A DNA stretch of 63,607 bases, filler included, from Octopus bimaculoides (taxonomy: Eukaryota): assembly GCF_001194135.2 (NCBI RefSeq). It is 9 parts of 9 records of this genome, joined end to end, with 100 filler letters (N's around TTAATTAATTAA, not from the genome) between each part and the next. Parts side by side here need not be neighbours in the genome. Positions count along the whole stretch, not along the records: positions 4,999 to 33,268 come from NC_068981.1; 8 more parts are not named here. One strand, given 5' to 3'. The position numbers were made by a program, and so were the translations under genes. Of the stretch, positions 13,126-27,292 are shown piece after piece (position 1 is the stretch's first letter; each line of letters starts with the position of its first letter). The notes under the pieces were generated by a model. The model saw only the letters and a list, made by a program, of their open reading frames with translations, was not told where the DNA came from and did not search any database.

Positions 13126-16100
13126 TATCGATAATAGCAATCTTAAAAGTAATTACTATTGCACATACTTTGTATACAGATGATGTGTGGAAAAGATGTT
13201 TCCCAACGAAATATTTCTCGCGATCTTCATTTTACCCCAGAATTGGCGTACCCACTTCAATTGTTCTATCAGCACCATAGATCTACCGCTTATTAAACAG
13301 TCTGGAAATGAACTAGCTTCCTGGTAGATGAATTAATTTGCATACTTTTGATCTTGGGCACCTCTCCTCCATTTTTAATCAATATCTATTTATGTATTAC
13401 ATATCGCAAATCAGAACTTAAATACATTTAGATATTATAAATCCAAATGCCTGTGTTATTCTTGTGGCTGAGAGGTAATGAAACAACAGTGGTAATTCAG
13501 ATCATTTTCTAGATTATAAGGGACTAATTATGGTATTGTTTGGAGAAGTTGCCTTTGTTCGTTTTCTTCGGGCAGCGGGTAGTCCGCTAGGAGCATCCGT
13601 TTCAGTTCTTTTCCGCATATCTTAGATGTAGAAATAACATGTATATATGAAATGTTATACTATTTGAATTTATTTATAACGTTCTTCTGTTCCCTCCCTT
13701 ATGCATGTATAGAATAGACGTTAACTCTGTGAAGAGCAAGATTTAATGGTCGTTACTGCATTAACCTTGGTAGAAGAGCAACATATTCACTGTTAGAACA
13801 CACACATAATCGCCGTTCTTATATTCTGTGTTTTTGTTCCTTATTCCCTTCAATAGACCCATTCCTAAAATTGAAATCAGTAAAATCATGATTTAAATTT
13901 TCATCGAGGAGCTGAAGCCTACACTTAGGTTCTCTGAAACGGCAAATTTTAGCATAATATCTGTTTTCCAAGATTCGTATTTACATTTCTTCAATGGTGT
14001 TTGGACATATCCTTATCTCACAAGCTTGAATAAATCGTCAAAGTATCCATTTGGCGACTTATAAATGCACTCCGGCCTATAAATGATTTCCAGCTTCATC
14101 CAAATTACTTTTTATGAATGTAAAAACAAAGAACAAAAGAAGTAACCTGAAGGGAAGTTTATATTGGGTATAATTATAACTTTTGCTAAAAATGCATCTT
14201 GTATTTAAATATTTTTCCTCGTGGGGTAGCTTAACTGGAGCGTAAACTATGATCCTGATGGGTATTCTTATACGAAGAGGTATTTGTTTTTATAACAGTT
14301 TGTATGTGTATAGAAACTTACAATGTGTTACTCAGTATTACATGTCTGTCAATGTTAGCTGTTGTATTGTCTCTTCAGTCGAATGATAATTCGGAGGATT
14401 TTTTCATTAAGGTGCTCTTAGTTTCTGAGCAATATTCGTTAACTAAGTGCAATATCAAATCTTTCCTTTTCATAAATCACAAGTCAGCTGTTGCCTTGAA
14501 GAATAAACATTTATACGCATGTATCCATCTTATATAATCGCCTGCATACGTATACTGGCTTAAATAAATGTATAGCCATTTACTCATATTTTATTGACCG
14601 GATCCTGTAATATTCCCGCTCAGACAACTGATAATTCCAGCTTCTGTAGCATATTTCCTCTTTGTTATCTTATTCGGGGAATTTTTATTTTCTACTCTTT
14701 GCTCGACACCAATAATTTGTTCACTTCATATTTCAAAGCTGCAGCATTGATATTTGAAGTGATCGTAAACGCGATAACTTCTGGTTTGAAAGTAGCCTCA
14801 TATTTCATTCCTTCTATTGGTGAGTGGCTGGGAATAAACACTGGTTGAAATGGTTGAGTGCGCGGAAAATAGAGTTTCCTTAGGTAATTTCTAGAAGGTA
14901 TTATCACGTTTTATTATATAATAAATGTATATTACATCCTCAGTGTGAACAACGTTACGACAGTCAGAATAACCATTGAATAATGTCAATTTAGGTATTT
15001 TATAGACAGCATACAACGATGTTTTACAGTACATGTATACATAAGTACATATGTTCATGACTATGCATGTGTGTGTATGTGTGCGTATATGTGTTTGTTT
15101 GCGTGTGTATGTCTGTATTATTGTTAGAGAAAGTCATAACGTATTTGAGTGAACCCTAAATATAGCCTTTCAACATCGAATGTTTATTATCGAGGCGTAC
15201 AGAAAGCATAGCTCTACCAGAAAGCAAAAATGAAGGTATGTATCTTACGATCAAATTCTAAATTGGAACTACGCATCTTAAAAGACAAAAAAAAATAAAA
15301 AAATTACAATTACAATTTACGAATCAATCTGAAGATTCTTCTGACCCAATATAGTTGATATACAGACGTACATATACATTTTAAGAGAATATTTGTAAAT
15401 TCTCAGGTATCAAAATGTTCTTCACTACAGAAATTGCCATTTTGTCAACCAGGATTTAAAATATGACTAATAATCTTAAGTTCAATAAAAATATTAAACC
15501 AACGGAGGTGTGGCATAACGGAAATGAATGTTGCACTGCGAGTATTAGAAAGAATCTCACTAGAATATTTGAAGTTAATCTAAAGATCACTGTTAATATC
15601 AATCGTAATAGAGTTATTATTTCCACAAAACTATGAACTTCAGTACAGTAAATACTTTTCATTACATCCTCAGGTAGAAATATTCCCGTCAGCTTTATTG
15701 TTCAATGTCATTTATATTTGATATTGTATATAGAAAAATACCATTCGCATCAGCTCGAAGCGTTTAAGACGAGAGAAATAACAAAATAATTATAGCAGCA
15801 AATTGTACACACAACTTTCAGGTGTTAAGCACGAATTCTTTCTAACACTTTGGTTACTATCATGTACATGCACGCGGAAACACACACATACATACATACA
15901 TCGAAATCTCTCGTAGAACTAGGTGAACTGCTGTTGCCAATTCTTTGTCTAGATAAGGAAATCCGGTTTTATGATAATATTATGCAACTGCTTATGAATT
16001 GCATATTCATGATATTTTGCTCATTTAATTTGCTAATTGTGAACGTTACGATTAATACATTTCTCCCAGCATAGAGAAACAGCTGTCGAGTTTAACAGCT

Positions 16101-16526
16101 ATATATTTTCTCCTTAGTATTTAAAAAAAAAATTATGTTCTATGTAAATGTATGTGTATATATGCATATATTCATATATACATNNNNNNNNNNNNNNNNN
16201 NNNNNNNNNNNNNNNNNNNNNNNNNNNNNNNNNNNNNNNNNNNNNNNNNNNNNNNNNNNNNNNNNNNNNNNNNNNNNNNNNNNNNNNNNNNNNNNNNNNN
16301 NNNNNNNNNNNNNNNNNNNNNNNNNNNNNNNNNNNNNNNNNNNNNNNNNNNNNNNNNNNNNNNNNNNNNNNNNNNNNNNNNNNNNNNNNNNNNNNNNNNN
16401 NNNNNNNNNNNNNNNNNNNNNNNNNNNNNNNNNNNNNNNNNNNNNNNTATATATATATATATATATATCCCAAAAATCGAAAATCATACACAAAACATAA
16501 CAACGTGAGGACGTGGTACGTGTAAA

Positions 16527-16700
16527 CTAATAGTAGACTCTCAGGAAAGGAAAGAGAGATGGTTTAACGTCTTGAGCCAAGCTCTTCTTCAGAAACAGGG
16601 AAAAGTCTAATAGAAGAGGAAGACAGGAGAGAAATCTCCAAACATTCACAGCATTGTGACTGGATATGTTAGACAGAAACTGAAAAGAAGCTCGTCGCAT
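16527..16700. repeat. Penelope-like terminal-repeat relic containing a hammerhead-like core
   Basis: Minus strand reads gtttCTGAAGAagagcttggctcAAGAcgttaaac, the layout of minimal Penelope-associated hammerheads, with GAAA mutated. Confidence 0.5.
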
Positions 16701-16735
16701 ATATATATATATATATATATATATACACTTGCATG

Positions 16736-16910
16736 GATGTGTTTGTTCCCCTCCCAGCTTGACAACCAATGTTGGTCTGTTTATGTCCCCGGAAGTTAGC
16801 CGGTCGGCAAAATATACGGATGGAATACGTACAAGGTTTAAAAAGAATATGCCCTAGGGTCGATGTGTTTACTAATATAGGCGGTGCTCTAGCATGGCCG
16901 AAATAAAATG
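16736..16910 (+). mobile_element. 3' module of the CORE-type SINE
   Basis: gcttgacaaccaatgttggtctgtttatgtcccc...gcggtgctctagcatggcc matches the other tails. Confidence 0.8.
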
Positions 16911-17320
16911 AGTGAGATATGTAAAAGAATAGGAATTTTCAATTGGCCGGCTTACTGAAGAGATGTTGGCGTAGGCTCCCACCCTGGCATCCGAAACTGG
17001 GAGTTTTATCACGACTACTGAATAAGTGTCACATATTTTTACAGATAAATTCCTCTATTTGCATAATATCGTCCCTGTCTTCCTTTTGTTGTCCTTCCTG
17101 TTAAATATATATATATATATAAAAATATATANNNNNNNNNNNNNNNNNNNNNNNNNNNNNNNNNNNNNNNNNNNNNNNNNNNNNNNNNNNNNNNNNNNNN
17201 NNNNNNNNNNNNNNNNNNNNNNNNNNNNNNNNNNNNNNNNNNNNNNNNNNNNNNNNNNNNNNNNNNNNNNNNNNNNNNNNNNNNNNNNNNNNNNNNNNNN
17301 NNNCTAACACAGATACACAA

Positions 17321-17371
<51 letters not shown>

Positions 17372-17536
17372 TACGACGAGCTTCATTCAGTTTCCGTCTA
17401 CCAAATCCACTCACAAGGCTTTGGTCGACCCGAGGCTATAGTAGAAGTCACTTGCCCAAGGTGCCACGCAGTGGGACTGAACCCGGAACCATGTAGTTGG
17501 CAGGCAAGCTACTTACCACACAGCCACTCCTGCGCC
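17372..17536 (-). mobile_element. CORE-type SINE head, well preserved
   Basis: Reverse complement ggcgcaggagtggctgtgtggtaagtagcttg...gttccgggttcagtcccactgcgtggcaccttgggcaagtg. Confidence 0.92.
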
Positions 17537-18033
17537 TATATATATTGTACATATATTTATCTCTTGAAATTATCTCTCTCTCTCTATATATATATGTATA
17601 TATATATATATATATATATAAATATATACATGCATACATACATATATATACTATATAAATGTACATATATAGAAATATGAATATGTATAGGTCACATGGA
17701 GAGATCATATAAACAACAGAGGGTTATACGAATGTCTGCCACCGCTGTGAGATCTCACGTGGCAGAGAACATTATGCAATTGACACAAAATTGGGAGCAA
17801 CCAACTTTTAAGCTTTTATTTTGGTTACTAACTAGAATTAAATAGCGCAGATGAGTCCAAATATAGCAAAGCTGATACTATTATAAAATGATTCTGAAAT
17901 CATAGTCTTGATGGGGGATCCGGATAGTTGGCGGCAATGAGTGTAAGATGTTTCATACATAATTCTGTGTGTGTGTGTGTGTGTGTGTGTGTTTGTTTCT
18001 GCTTGCGTGCGTGCTTATGTGTATATGATTGTG

Positions 18034-18265
18034 TTATTTCTTTACTACCCACAAGTGGCTACACACAGAGGGGACAAACAAGGACAGACAAACGGATTAA
18101 GTCGATAATACCGACCCCAGTGCGTAACTGGTACTTATTTAATCGACCCCGAAAGGATGAAAGGCAAAGTCGACCTCGGCGGAATTTGAACTCAGAACGT
18201 AGCGGCAGACGAAATACCGTTAAGCATTTCGCCCGGCGTGCTAACGTTTCTGCCAGCTCGCCGCC
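18034..18265 (-). mobile_element. tRNA-derived SINE (same central domain as 1154-1366), young copy
   Basis: Reverse complement ggcggcgagctggcagaaacgttagcacgccgggcgaaatgc...gagttcaaattccgccgaggtcgactttgcctttcatcc. Confidence 0.9.
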
Positions 18266-18413
18266 AGTTGTGTATACGTGCGTTTGAGTGAGTGTGAATA
18301 TTGTATACATGCTTCGCATATTCAGATTACACAATCTTGAAAACCTACTTTAAAATCACAGATCACCTCAAAATTACGTTATAAATCTTTAGCACAATTA
18401 TTAAATAAGTTAT

Positions 18414-18818
18414 AGCGAAGGAGTGACTGTGTGGTAAGTAGCTTGCTTACCAACCACATGGTCCCGGGTTCAGTCCCACTGTGTGGCACCTTGGGCAAGA
18501 GATTTCTACTATAGCCTCGCGCCGATCAAAGCCTTGTGAGTGGATTTGGTAGATGGAAACTGGAAGAAGCCTGTCGTATATGTATATATATATATTTATA
18601 TATATATATATTTGTGTGTCTGTCGCCTAGCATCGCTTGTCAACCGATTCTGGCTGGTGTGTTTGCGTCCACCTAACTTAGCAGTTCGGCTAAACAGACC
18701 TATAGAATAAGTACTAGGCTTACAAAAATAAGCTCTGGGAACGATTGGCTCCATTTTAAAGGTGGTTTTCCAGCATGGCCGCTGTCAAATGACTGAAAGA
18801 AATAAAAGAGTAAAAGAG
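18414..18818 (+). mobile_element. Full-length composite CORE-type SINE
   Basis: Head, ggcaccttgggcaag, (TA)n spacer, then a 3' module ending aaagagtaaaagag. Confidence 0.92.
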
Positions 18819-19411
18819 AAAAAAAGATTAAATACATTTATATTAAAAGAGCATATTTTAATAAAAAAAAACTGGTGTTTATTTTATATTGCAGGCTTTG
18901 AAATGAATACAATTTTATGCTTTGTAGTGTCATACATCTAAAAGTGACTCTGTGTGGTCAGTAATTTCGGATTCATTAATGATAGTTAGACCATTAAAAC
19001 ACATTAATAATGATATGTTCTCCACGTCGACGTTCGTTTCTACGTTAGCAGTGCTCGGGTTAAAAATATGATCAAAAGCATTTCAGCCGCAATTATCTCG
19101 CCTTCATAGAACTATGTACGAATAGTTTAACTAATTGTGCAGTTTCTATTTCTAACTTAGAACGAATGAATATAAGATATGTGACAAATTGCAATGGTAT
19201 TGCAAGTGGCCATGTAGACGGAACGCATGTATATAAGCAGGTGACAATTCGGTGCACGCATTGACAAGCCTTAAGTATGTCGAAAAGCATCTGTTTCTCA
19301 CTGCAGAGACGATGTTCTTTGCAGTCCAACCAATATATATTTAGTATCTAATACAAGATCTTTGTCTATCACTTTATCTCTGTACCCCCGCTCTCTCCCT
19401 TATACATCTAC

Positions 19412-19478
<67 letters not shown>

Positions 19479-22400
19479 GCTAGCTAGCTAGCTATCTATT
19501 TCTGTATATATATATNNNNNNNNNNNNNNNNNNNNNNNNNNNNNNNNNNNNNNNNNNNNNNNNNNNNNNNNNNNNNNNNNNNNNNNNNNNNNTATATATA
19601 TGTATATATATATTCCTTGTTCATCATAAGAAAATAGTTGCTAACACTTAATACATTTTATTGATCACTACATTCAAATCCATTGTTGTTATTTCTGAGT
19701 TGGAAAATGTTGGCAATATCAAACAAATATCTCTTTTTAATATATGATCATTGTGTCACTAAATGTTAACATACGTGTGTTGAAAGACATATATACAGAA
19801 TGATAAATATAAGGTTATGTGTCCTTTTCTAAGTTAGAAAATGAGTAAGAGATATAAATAGGCAGTATCAATTTTACTGTGTGTAACTATATAAAACTTC
19901 TACATAACTAAGATTACGTTTAGTATTGAGTATTGGGATGAGGCAAAGTTGATTATTTAAGAAGTTCTTAAGCGAACATTTCCTGCTTGCTTTGGAAGCA
20001 ATTCTGCTTCCTTCCATGGTTAATATACACAAGCTGTTAAGGATGTAAAAATTATCCATTTTGTTCTTCAACGCTAATCAAAAGAGACTCGTATATTTGA
20101 TGTCCTAATAGACTGAGATCTTAAGACATCAGAGTGTACCAATTAATGCCTTAAAGCAATTCATTTTTCCCGATAGATTATGATTTTAAATCTACGCGTG
20201 CTAATTTGTCTTCTTTTCATAGAAAGTTTGAGAAAGGGCGACTGTAAAACTTTCCTTTTGATCTGCTGAAAAATAATTAATCAATATATTTGATTTTATG
20301 GTACTGATCATACAAAACCTATCATTAGTGATCATTGAGTTTCATTTGGCATCAGATACATCAAGTTCTAGATCAGTTTACTCCAAGCACAGTCGTATCA
20401 AAACGAATTAAGAAATCACTATTAATACAAATATACTGCTTATCTTATTTCTAGCTCTGAAACCAATCTCTTATCCTCTATGTGTAACATACTTTTAATT
20501 TACCCTTGATACTATATACATTAACTTCTTTTGAAAATGAGGTATCCACTCTTAAACACTGCCAATTTACCAAATCATTTCCCACACTCCGAAATTAGCA
20601 GCAATAACGACAATATCAACAACACCTACACTATCAACAACAACAACAATAATACAATGTAATTGGAGTGAGTAGCAATGGAACACACAGAATATGTGAA
20701 TCAAATTTTATCTGCGGTAAAGCAAATACAAAAATACAAAAATAAACTCCTATGTGATCGTTCGACTGGGTAGATACACCAAACAAATCTGTTTCAAAGC
20801 ATATTAAATATAATTTAGCTCTTGATATAGGTCCGGAAGTAAAGATGGGATGGTCTTAGCTGGATTTCACTTGATAATGTTTCAGGCTACTTAGCGCGGA
20901 TTTGGTGCTATGAATTGACAATCTATACCATGATTTAGTTTAAAATGCACTCCAATATATAACTGCTAATTCAAAATAGAAATATTGAAACTACAAGTTA
21001 TTTATTAACAACATCATTCACTCAATTGGTATTTATCTTTAGTAATGGACATTATCAACAAAAGAAACAATTGATCTTTCGAAAAACACAAGAGCACTTA
21101 ATTACTCGCCCGATCTACTAGAAAAACAGGCTAACCACTGAGATTGCATGTAACATTACGTAAATTTAGCCTTTTAGATTCTAAATTACGTAATTTTAGC
21201 TTTTTAGATTCTATTGCGAGTGTCCATGTTAAATTTGAGACCTGAAGATAACTTTCTTCTTTTCTCTCAATAGTGGACAATCTGAAAAAGGTCATGGCCT
21301 CTGCAGTTGATTAACCATAAGTCATGTAACAAATCAATGTATTAATTAGCATAGAAGTAGGTGAACGGTTTCACGATAAACGTTTTATTCTAACTTCATT
21401 TTCTTTTCGACATGAATAGAATCATTGGACCGTGTATTTTCTTCAAATTCTTTTCTACGAATGACGGTATTGACGTTAAACCTTAGCTTCTTTGTAGGCA
21501 CTCACAGACTGTGAAGGAAAACATGCAACGCAATATATTCCCTCATTCTCCATGACTGGAAAATATTTGAACATTGGTCTGTTCAGACAAGGCTAGTCTT
21601 GAGGTTACAGAAAAAACAGCAACAACTATTCGTTATTTCATGCACCAACGGTCACAGTGATAAGGAAGAGTAACATTTTAATGACTTTTAAATGTTTTAC
21701 ATGTTTAATGTCATTTTATGTCAAACAGTAAACGAAATCTCCTACATTGCCTACCTATCAGGAATTCGGGCCATTTTCTTACTTCCAAATCACAAAATTA
21801 AATCTAATACAATATTCTTATGTCTATGAAAATAATAATTATTGTTCGGAGTTGTTCAAATCGTGTTGTAATGATTTTTATCTTTCGTAATTTTGGAATA
21901 ATTTCTCATAATACACTTTGACTTTTTTGTGAACGATGGAATCGACTATGGTACGTGGTCTTATACACATTTTTAAAACTAGTTTTTGTGTATAAAATAA
22001 AGGTGGATTGCTGGAACCGTCAAAATGTCGTGTTATATAACATAATCGTACCTCTTTATCTTCTCAATCTGAATCTTTCACAAGTCGACTGTACCTCTTC
22101 ATGCCAGTAAACTACTAGAATTGTCGTAATATGTTTCTCAAAACTAAACTTATCCACACTGAGATGCTGGAGATGAATGGTCTAGCCGCATCACATCTAC
22201 TTTTCTTACATACATTTCCTAAGCAAGGGCGTTTGTAATGTATCGTGGTAAAATCTATTCAAAAGCACGCACTGGATACCTCAGGAAATTTATTTATCTT
22301 CTTACAGGTAAAGTGAGCAGCGTTGTCACGACTCTGATTCTCTTTCAGCTACAAACAAATGACAACATATCGACATATTACGTATCTCCCTCAACTCGGC

Positions 22401-23147
22401 AATTGAATTAATTATACTTCTTCCTCTGATATGGACTATTTCTTGATTAGGGGACGGGTTATCAATAGGGACTTCGAATTTTCAGATGTAACCCTATCTT
22501 ATTCTTTATAATATCTGCACCTACTATTACGGAACCAAACCAAAATCAAAACCGAAGTATGACAAGAGATTATATTGCCTAAATGTTTGCTTCTGTCTAG
22601 ACGACTTTAGTACATTAGTAATTTAATTATTTTATTTTCATGTTTTCAGTATGAAAAAGTAAATAACTGGGGGACAAAAACAACTTAATATAATTATTTG
22701 TTTATTTACTATTTATTTATTTATTGTTTCTACAGAGAGTACTTCTATTATAGCAAACAAAACAAATATAGATATTTACAGTCTATATTGCTGAACAATC
22801 TATGCGTGACTGTATATGAATGTGCTTGCGTGTCGTCATATATGAGAGTATCTCTATGCTTATATAGGTATGTGTGCGTATGTAAGCGTGTATATGTACA
22901 AACGTAGATACGTGCAAAGGTGTGTGTGTGTGTGTGTAACTCAAAACCATGCGTCTGTGTGTATACGTTGTGATATATGTGCGTGTCAGGGAACTGTGAA
23001 ACCATCTTATGGTTTCTTATTTTGCTAACTATAGCGAGACCAGAATGTAATGTCTTCGTAGATAAGCATTGCAAGTTCATTACTTTTTAAAGAGTTCACT
23101 ATTTCCTGTATACACCCATACAAACATACACAAATGGACATCTATGT

Positions 23148-23188
<41 letters not shown>

Positions 23189-25554
23189 TATGCGTGTGTG
23201 TGTGTGTGCGTGATTGTGTGTGTGTGTGTGTGTAAGAGTGTATGTGTGTGTATACATAGATACATACATACAAACAAACATACTCAGAGAAAGTGTTAGT
23301 GTGCGTGGAAGAGAATATGTTTGATGTAGAAATGCTTTAAATGCCTTAAAGTGTTCATTTATTTTCTTTTTGATACTCTTATCGATTGCCTGTCTCCCAT
23401 CTGTCTTGGATAACGAGAATAATATTTCTAAATTGATCACGCTCTTGCTTTTTTTCCCTTTTTCCGCCACAATTTTGTTCAATATGTTTATGGTTAAAAC
23501 GTTGCTGTCTTCGATTTTCATTTTTAATTTCATTCAAACATTCGTGTAATTATTCAAAGTCTAACCATCACAGTTATGGATATACGTTGTAGATGCTGTT
23601 TTTTTTTTTGCAGTGTGTGATAATCTATGTTTACGACGAAATCTACCCTGACACGATCGAAAATATGTAGGTAAAGCTCAACACCTAAATAGAAAACATA
23701 GAGTCCAGCACTACAAATTCTATGTGATTTTGAAGCCATTTAATTTCCGATCAATAGCTAAGCATCAAGTCTAAATATTGCCTCTAGTACATTGTTACTA
23801 GATTTTTTTTAAAACGTATTACATTGTGTTTGTCGATATTTTCATTTGAATTGACGATTTAAATTGTTGTCTGCGTTGTAACTATTATATTTTTATTTGT
23901 GTTTTGTCAATGTATTCAACGCGATTTTCGTTTTTGTTTTACATCACTAGTAGACGACGCTTTGTATCATGTTTGCCTCTGCTCTAGTCTTTCTTTTTCT
24001 TCGTACCGTTGTAAGCAAGTTTTCCCACTACACTAATATTTCTTTGTTAAATAATTATCTCATGCTCCAAATAATTTAGATTCCCATTGCGATTGCTGAT
24101 TAGTTTTATGATTTTTTACCTTTCTTTCAGAACTTCTATAGAGATGTATGGAGATGGGTATCGTCTCGAAATGTCTTTGTATTGCCTTTGAAATATGGTC
24201 TTAAATTTAACCGTAACTTTACCTTACTCTGAGGTAGCATACAGCAATGCAATTGAGTCTTCGCTACATACCGTATCGTCGGCTGACTGGTAAATTATTT
24301 TCGGTTTTAACGCCGTCATGCCAGCGCATGATTTTCCCCTTCCCTATTCGTCTATATAAACGTTCGAGTATCATAAAGAAAGAAAACATGATTTATAAAA
24401 AACTTTAGTTTTACTGATGTTTATTTCACAGCTTCCTCTTTGTTTAGTATCTTTTATTATTTCATTTCCTGATTTTATGATAAATATTTGATTGTTGGCA
24501 GATAAACTCACTAATCTATTCTGTTTGAGCAAGGTAGTATCTAAATTTTACTGTAGTGTTTTCTGGTGTTTCACTCGGATATCTTTGCTATTATCCGTTT
24601 TGTCGTCTTTTATCTATAATATTTTTTTTTAGTGAACTACTCGTTTGTAACCTCTGTTCTTGACATAGAAATAAACGTTGGTGGCTTCTTTTTCTCAGAT
24701 GATTTCAATGTATTTGGGATTAATATTTTTCAAGAACCAATTTGGTTACCTGAAAGTCGTTTACCAATTTCATTTAATTACTTTCTCTACAGTCTCAGTT
24801 AGTCTAAACACGTATATATTCTATTAGCATAGGAGTATAGCACAAAAATTAACAGTGTGCTTTATTTTATATTTTCTCATTACTCATATTTAATTCTAGT
24901 TTCATTATGTTTCATTCCGGCAGTACATATTATTGATCTGAAAGTATGTTTCAATCGTATGCCTAATTCTAGCAATAGTATTTTTTGAACAAATCTATGA
25001 TGAATATTAACGGTTTGATTCATCACATTTTCTTACCATACAGACGATCAGATAAAGGAACGTCATGTGCAAAGAATCTTTAACAAACTTCATACAGGCG
25101 TGTATCATCCCTAATTTATTTTAAATTATTTCTATATTACTGATATGTCGACGCTCCCAAGCGAAGAAATAGGATCGCCTAAGACATATAAATAGAGGTA
25201 GTCTAGCCGTGGTAAAGAGGTTGAGTAGCTGATGTATAGCGGTTGAGTAGACATCATCCGAAGGTGCTAGATAGCAGTAGCTTGAGACATAATTACATTT
25301 TGCTATGGCATATTTAGTAAGCGGTTTGACTTATCGTTTATCTGTTACTTTGTTCAGTCACTGAATGGCAGCCATGCAGCGACATCACCTAGAAAATGTT
25401 GCCAAACAAATTGACCACATAGTTATTTTCTTTCTATGCATGGTACTTACTTTATCGGTCTATTTTTTCGAACCACTTAGTTACAGGGACGTAAAAATGG
25501 TTGTCAAACGGTGGTCGAGGATAAAGATACATTCACTAATGGATGTATACATGT

Positions 25555-25712
25555 ATACGACGGACTCATTTGGTTTCCGCCTACGAAATCCACTCACAAA
25601 TCTTTGGTCAGCCCGGAGCTATAACAGAAGACATTTGTCCAAGTCACCACTCTATCCAACTGAACTCGGAACAACGTGGTTTGGAATGAAACGTACGACA
25701 CAGCCACAGCTG
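25555..25712 (-). mobile_element. Degraded CORE-type SINE head
   Basis: aatccactcacaaatctttggtcagcccggagctata...catttgtccaag matches the reverse-strand head. Confidence 0.7.
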
Positions 25713-26348
25713 AAAGTTGTTGATGTAACTATAGTATAATATTGATTATATGAACTTTCGCTGAATGGTCTACTGTTTTTTCGGTCGAATTACTCGTTAT
25801 ATCATCCAATTTGGCGAGATTTTTCTTCATGTTATGTGCAAATACAGCGAGGAATTGCTATAAACAATGAACGGACATGCTATCAGTATTTGGCACAGCT
25901 CTATAATTATAATATAAAGAATTCATTTGAATTATACAACAAACTGAAATATCCGATAGAAATATAACAAAAATAACACATCTCTGAATACTAGTATAGT
26001 ATTCTATTAAATTTACTACCGTAAAATTTTTTTGTAATTTCTGTAATCTGATATAAACGTTTAGGTACAAATATTAGGCAAACTTTACTGAAATGTCATG
26101 AAGTTTAGCAAATACGGTTAGATGAGTGTTATTTAGAAATCTGCCAAGTTTAAAGACAAAAAGTGTTTTAGAATATACAGAATATACTATATGATCTTAT
26201 CATTCTACTGACAATAAATTATTAAATTTATTCCCTCCGTCAAAAAAAAAAAAAAAAAAAAAATTATTTCTCTTTACCTTCTCAGCTCACTTAAATATTT
26301 ACTTACACGAACACATGAACACGGAAATAAACGCACGAGTGCGCTGAG

Positions 26349-26379
<31 letters not shown>

Positions 26380-27292
26380 AACACGCGCGCGCACACATAC
26401 ACACACACATTGTAGTATGTAGAATTCACAAGAAAATCAAATCTTCTCTTCAAGATAACATAAGGTAAACATCATTTGCTGCCTCGCATCGCACAGCACG
26501 CCATAACTATATATTGCTGAATGAGCCATAAGTATATATTGTCGTTTCCCTGATCTTTATTTTAAACAGTATCTATGACATTCCGCATATGCCCTCCCGG
26601 ATGTTTTTTGTTTTTTTTCAGTGCCGCTGCAGATGTCCATGATTTTAGGTGACAGACGAAAGTGGTAACCGCGAATGGATTGATCGGGTCACTTTATGAC
26701 CGTCTTTATTTCTCTCTGTTGTAGCTGGAACAAGAAAACGTGTTGTTGTTTGTCTCCTGTCCTAGCTTGATATAAAATCAAAATAAGCAACTGGATATCA
26801 AGTAATGATGCAGTACGACTGCAAGCTATATGTTATGGTTGGTGGTGTGCTATATATAATAGTATCCCATGATAACTCCTGCCTAGTTAGTCTGACCTCA
26901 TCCTATTTTGGTGATTACCCTATTTTCCTGTCTACGATGCTCAACCCTACTGATCTTATTATGTATATTTGCAGTGACTTTATGTAAGTCTACTTTCGAC
27001 TAAATCATATAGCCCCTAGAAACTATAAAATCATACATACAATAGCCCCTTATACAACTTATAAAATTTCTACGGTTTCAATATCTTAAATTGCCCTCAC
27101 TACGTCTATACCCCCTCTTTCCGGGTTACTATTATCTCTTCCCTACTTCGAATTTTAATCACGTCTCTTTAAATGTAGGTTATATGTATTTCTTATTATT
27201 TTCTATAAATTCTTATTATTGTTTCCCTTTGACATCCTTACCTATTAACCTCTTATCCCTTATAAATTATTACTTTCCTTGTACTTAAACGG

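Noticed and set aside
17460-17536. tRNA genes suggested by A/B boxes in SINE heads (also 18414, 48948, 53160, 62473)
   Set aside because: No complete cloverleaf is evident, and each head runs into a repeat body found in multiple copies.
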